Below are positions 62,899-64,000 of a DNA stretch of 64,000 bases, piece after piece (position 1 is the first letter of the stretch; the number at the start of each line of letters is the position of its first letter). The position numbers and the translations under genes are program-made. The stretch comes from Camelus ferus (lineage: Eukaryota). The stretch lies in contig NC_045697.1 in assembly GCF_009834535.1 (NCBI RefSeq), forward strand, positions 108,812,001 through 108,876,000, written 5' to 3'. Under the pieces are notes generated by a model. It was not told where the DNA came from. It ran no database searches and saw only the letters and a program-made list of their open reading frames with translations.

Positions 62899-64000
62899 GT
62901 AGTGTGCATCTCAGTCTTCCCCTGGACTCGGGGTTACCCCCAGCTACACAAGTTAATCACAGCCCAAGGAAATAGCACAACTGAATCAGCTAATGTGGTG
63001 ACAGAAAGGGCTACTTGGTTATGAGTACTTATTTTACTGAATTGCTTTCTATGAGGATCAATTTAGGAAAAAGGAAGGTTTCTAAGTCGCCTTATTCTCT
63101 CATTCAAAAGGAAAATTAATTCTACAGATAAATTGTGTAATTTTAGAAACGTTGGCTTCCCTATTTTATTGCATAGAAGAATCTCTATGAGAAAATTGTC
63201 ATTGGTGTTTACCACCCACGATGTTGATACACGAGCATATCTGGGAGTGGTGACTCGGAGGGACCTTCCTAATCATTCCTTACAGTTGTGGAACACTTGA
63301 GAGTGTGCTAACTGCATTCACATGCAAATTTTTCTTTCATCCTCAAAATAAATTCAAATGAAGTGTCAGTCTCATTTTATGGAAGCTGAGATTCAGAGAA
63401 ATGAAATGCCTTTTGCAAGGTAGCGCAGAACCAGGGCTAGATTTAATTTACTCCATCAAATGAATTTTTTTCTGAGAACTTCATTGTATGCATATTATGG
63501 CCCCTAACCCAGGCCTTTCTCTCCTAGGATCTCCTCTCCGCACTGGGGTAGCTGCGTGGCTGCCTTATACCTTGTACTTCGCTCAGGTAGCTTCTGGTGC
63601 CGCCCAGTATCCAGCCACCACTGGACTCGGAACCTGCGGGCAGACGTGTGGTGCTGCCTTTCCTAGGGGCAAACCTCTCTCAGCCAGTCTCCTCCGAGCC
63701 CCTGCTGGGCCAGTGATTGAAAAGGCCTCTCTTGACATCTGAGGGGTTTGCCTGGAAAGCTCTCCTTCAACTCCTCCTCTCCTACTTTCCTTTCCCTCCC
63801 AATTATTCTGCTTTGTATACACTTAAAGTGAGGTTTAACATTTGATCTTAGGTTCAAATGAGGAGCCAGGCAGGTAATGAAACCCACAGGCTTTGACTTA
63901 CTCATTGTCCTACTTTATCCTGAACCAAACCTTTCACTAGTGGAGTGAAACAATGTCCAAAACTCAGTGTAGAATTTGTCGCTTGGTGAAGCAGAAAGAA

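Noticed and set aside
1..64000. CRISPR arrays, operons, prokaryotic defence systems, rRNA, or intact retroviral gag/pol/env
   Set aside because: The sequence is mammalian. I saw no regularly spaced repeat-spacer array, rRNA similarity or proviral internal region.

Overview
Eukaryotic, mammalian, repeat-rich non-coding DNA (intergenic or deep intronic). It is probably from a camelid (alpaca/llama/camel): about ten copies of a SINE made of a near-complete tRNA-Ala(AGC) plus an A-rich/CCTAATTACCTCCCC tail match the camelid Vic-1-type SINE as I recall it, and the young L1 3' ends look cetartiodactyl. I cannot support any intact protein-coding gene. The ORF track is mostly L1/L2/CR1 ORF2 remnants or chance ORFs. 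The one gene-derived sequence I recognise is a disabled, intronless cTAGE5/MIA2-family retrocopy (about 26.6-28.65 kb) with a poly(A) tail, a probable target-site duplication (TSD) and a solo ERV LTR in its 3' part. The rest is a layered transposable-element record: young and old L1, L2, CR1/L3, MIR, MER5/MER20/MER45/Charlie/Tigger DNA transposons, and MaLR and ERV1 LTRs. It also holds an about 800-bp AT-rich tract with hairpins and a few unique segments with candidate regulatory motifs. The most unusual structure is an ERV1 (MER41-like) LTR preceded by an inverted copy of its own 3' 140 bp, making a 656-bp fold-back element (52909-53564). I found no convincing new multi-gene biological system. 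Repeat subfamily names come from recalled consensus sequences and need RepeatMasker/Dfam confirmation, and boundaries of old repeats are approximate.
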